Notes under the pieces: model-generated
What the model saw: only the letters and a program-made list of their open reading frames with translations
Told to the model about the DNA's origin: nothing
The model's database searches: none
DNA from: Macrostomum lignano
Taxonomy: Eukaryota
NCBI GenBank assembly: GCA_002269645.1
Contig: NIVC01002014.1
Coordinates: 1-64,000, forward strand
Direction of reading: 5' to 3'
DNA: 64,000 bases
Part shown: positions 63,001 to 64,000 of the stretch, in pieces
How the letters are laid out: each line of letters starts with the position of its first letter
How positions within the stretch are numbered: the stretch's first letter is position 1
Program-made: the position numbers and the translations under genes

Positions 63001-64000
63001 CTGAGGGGATCAGGGCAAATGCCTGAAATCTGCCACGCCGTTTATGAGCATAAGCGACATTAAAAGTAGTTGATAAACCATAAGCGACACAGTCCATGAA
63101 CCTCAGACCAGTCCATGAGCCACAGACCAGTCCATGAACCTCAGACCAGTCCATGAACCTCAGAAACCAGTCCATGAACCTCAGACACCAGTCCATGAAC
63201 CTCAGACACCAGTCCATGAACCTCAGACACCAGTCCAAGAACCTCAGACACCAGTCCAAGAACCTCAGAGACCAGTCCATGAACCTCAGAGACCAGTCCA
63301 TGAACCTCAGAGACCAGTTCATGAGCCAGAGACCAGTCCATGAACCTCAGACACCAGTCCATGAACCTCAGAGACCAGTCCATGAACCTCAGAGACCAGT
63401 CCAAGAACCTCAGACACCAGTCCAAGAACCTCAGACACCAGTCCATGAACCTCAGAGACCAGTCCAAGAACCTCAGAGACCAGTTCATGAGCCACAGACC
63501 AGTCCATGAACCTCAGAGACCAGTCCAAGAACCTCAGAGACCAGTCCATGAACCTCAGACACCAGTCCATGAACCTCAGAGACCAGTCCATGAACCTCAG
63601 AGACCAGTCCAAGAACCTCAGACACCAGTCCATAAACCTCAGAGACCAGTCCATGAACCTCAGAGACCAGTCCAAGAACCTCAGACACCAGTCCATGAAC
63701 CTCAGACACCAGTCCAAGAACCTCAGACACCAGTCCATGAACCTCAGAGACCAGTCCAAGAACCTCAGAGACCAGTCCATGAGCCACAGACCAGTCCATG
63801 AGTCACAGACCAGTCCATAAGTCGCGGGTCTACAAGAACCCGATCAATTCCTACCCATAAAAGCGGCACCGCAAGAGCAATGAACACTACAAAACTTTGA
63901 CTGCTGCTATCTAAAAACCCAAGCCAAACAAAAGCGCAATTCTCTGCTCACGGCCACATGATGTCGGCACCGCTTTTGAGCAGCGACTTGCCCACCATGT
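60059..64000 (-). CDS. Anoctamin/TMEM16 paralog C, 3' part only (exons 11-16; gene continues beyond the window)
   Basis: Exons >64000-63952 (MVGKSLLKSGADIMWP), 63000-62730 (LDEYLEKVILYGFMT), 61405-61130 (FYLAPAVALIAMAIDLRLDSKR..RRP..GIGVW), 60662-60582, 60511-60441, 60152-60059. The 81- and 71-nt exons match those of A and B. Confidence 0.88.
60190..60420. repeat. 22-bp repeat (ctctgatctcaagccagtcccg), about 10 copies, anoctamin C last intron
   Basis: Direct reading. Confidence 0.9.
60715..61095. repeat. Mixed short repeat (ggactc[t/c]aggactca..), anoctamin C intron 13
   Basis: Direct reading; unit length varies. Confidence 0.85.
61610..62595. repeat. 15-bp repeat (gggtttggaga[g/c]tcc), anoctamin C intron 12
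   Basis: Direct reading. Confidence 0.93.
63090..63820. repeat. 21-bp repeat (ccagtccatgaacctcagaga), anoctamin C intron 11
   Basis: Direct reading. Confidence 0.93.

Overview
Metazoan genomic DNA with GC-rich exons, mostly GT-AG introns and tandem repeats in many introns. The style suggests a flatworm such as Macrostomum, but this is inference and was not checked. Left to right: PTPDC1-like phosphatase (-, with a net frameshift); stonin/stoned-B (-); two-exon class A GPCR (+); then three tandem anoctamin/TMEM16 paralogs on the - strand (A and B complete with 16 coding exons each, C running off the right edge). Between the anoctamins lie + strand genes for secreted carbohydrate-binding-type proteins: three intronless PAN + C-type-lectin genes with two decayed relatives, and a disrupted WSC + PAN gene. 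Also present are two tRNA/CORE SINEs, a hAT-like MITE carrying an internal minisatellite, fold-back MITEs, an RTE-like fragment and about 25 satellites, one a near-perfect 29-bp x ~84 array. The best leads are: (1) the three anoctamins share a remodelled Ca2+ site (Asn ligands lost, Lys inserted, Glu to Asp), and A and B also have a basic pore residue and almost no extracellular loops; (2) the lectin genes alternate nucleotide-identical and hypervariable blocks, suggesting gene conversion; (3) an anoctamin sits head-to-head with a secreted PAN-domain gene twice. I found no rRNA, true tRNA or CRISPR array. All exon models and alignments were made by eye.
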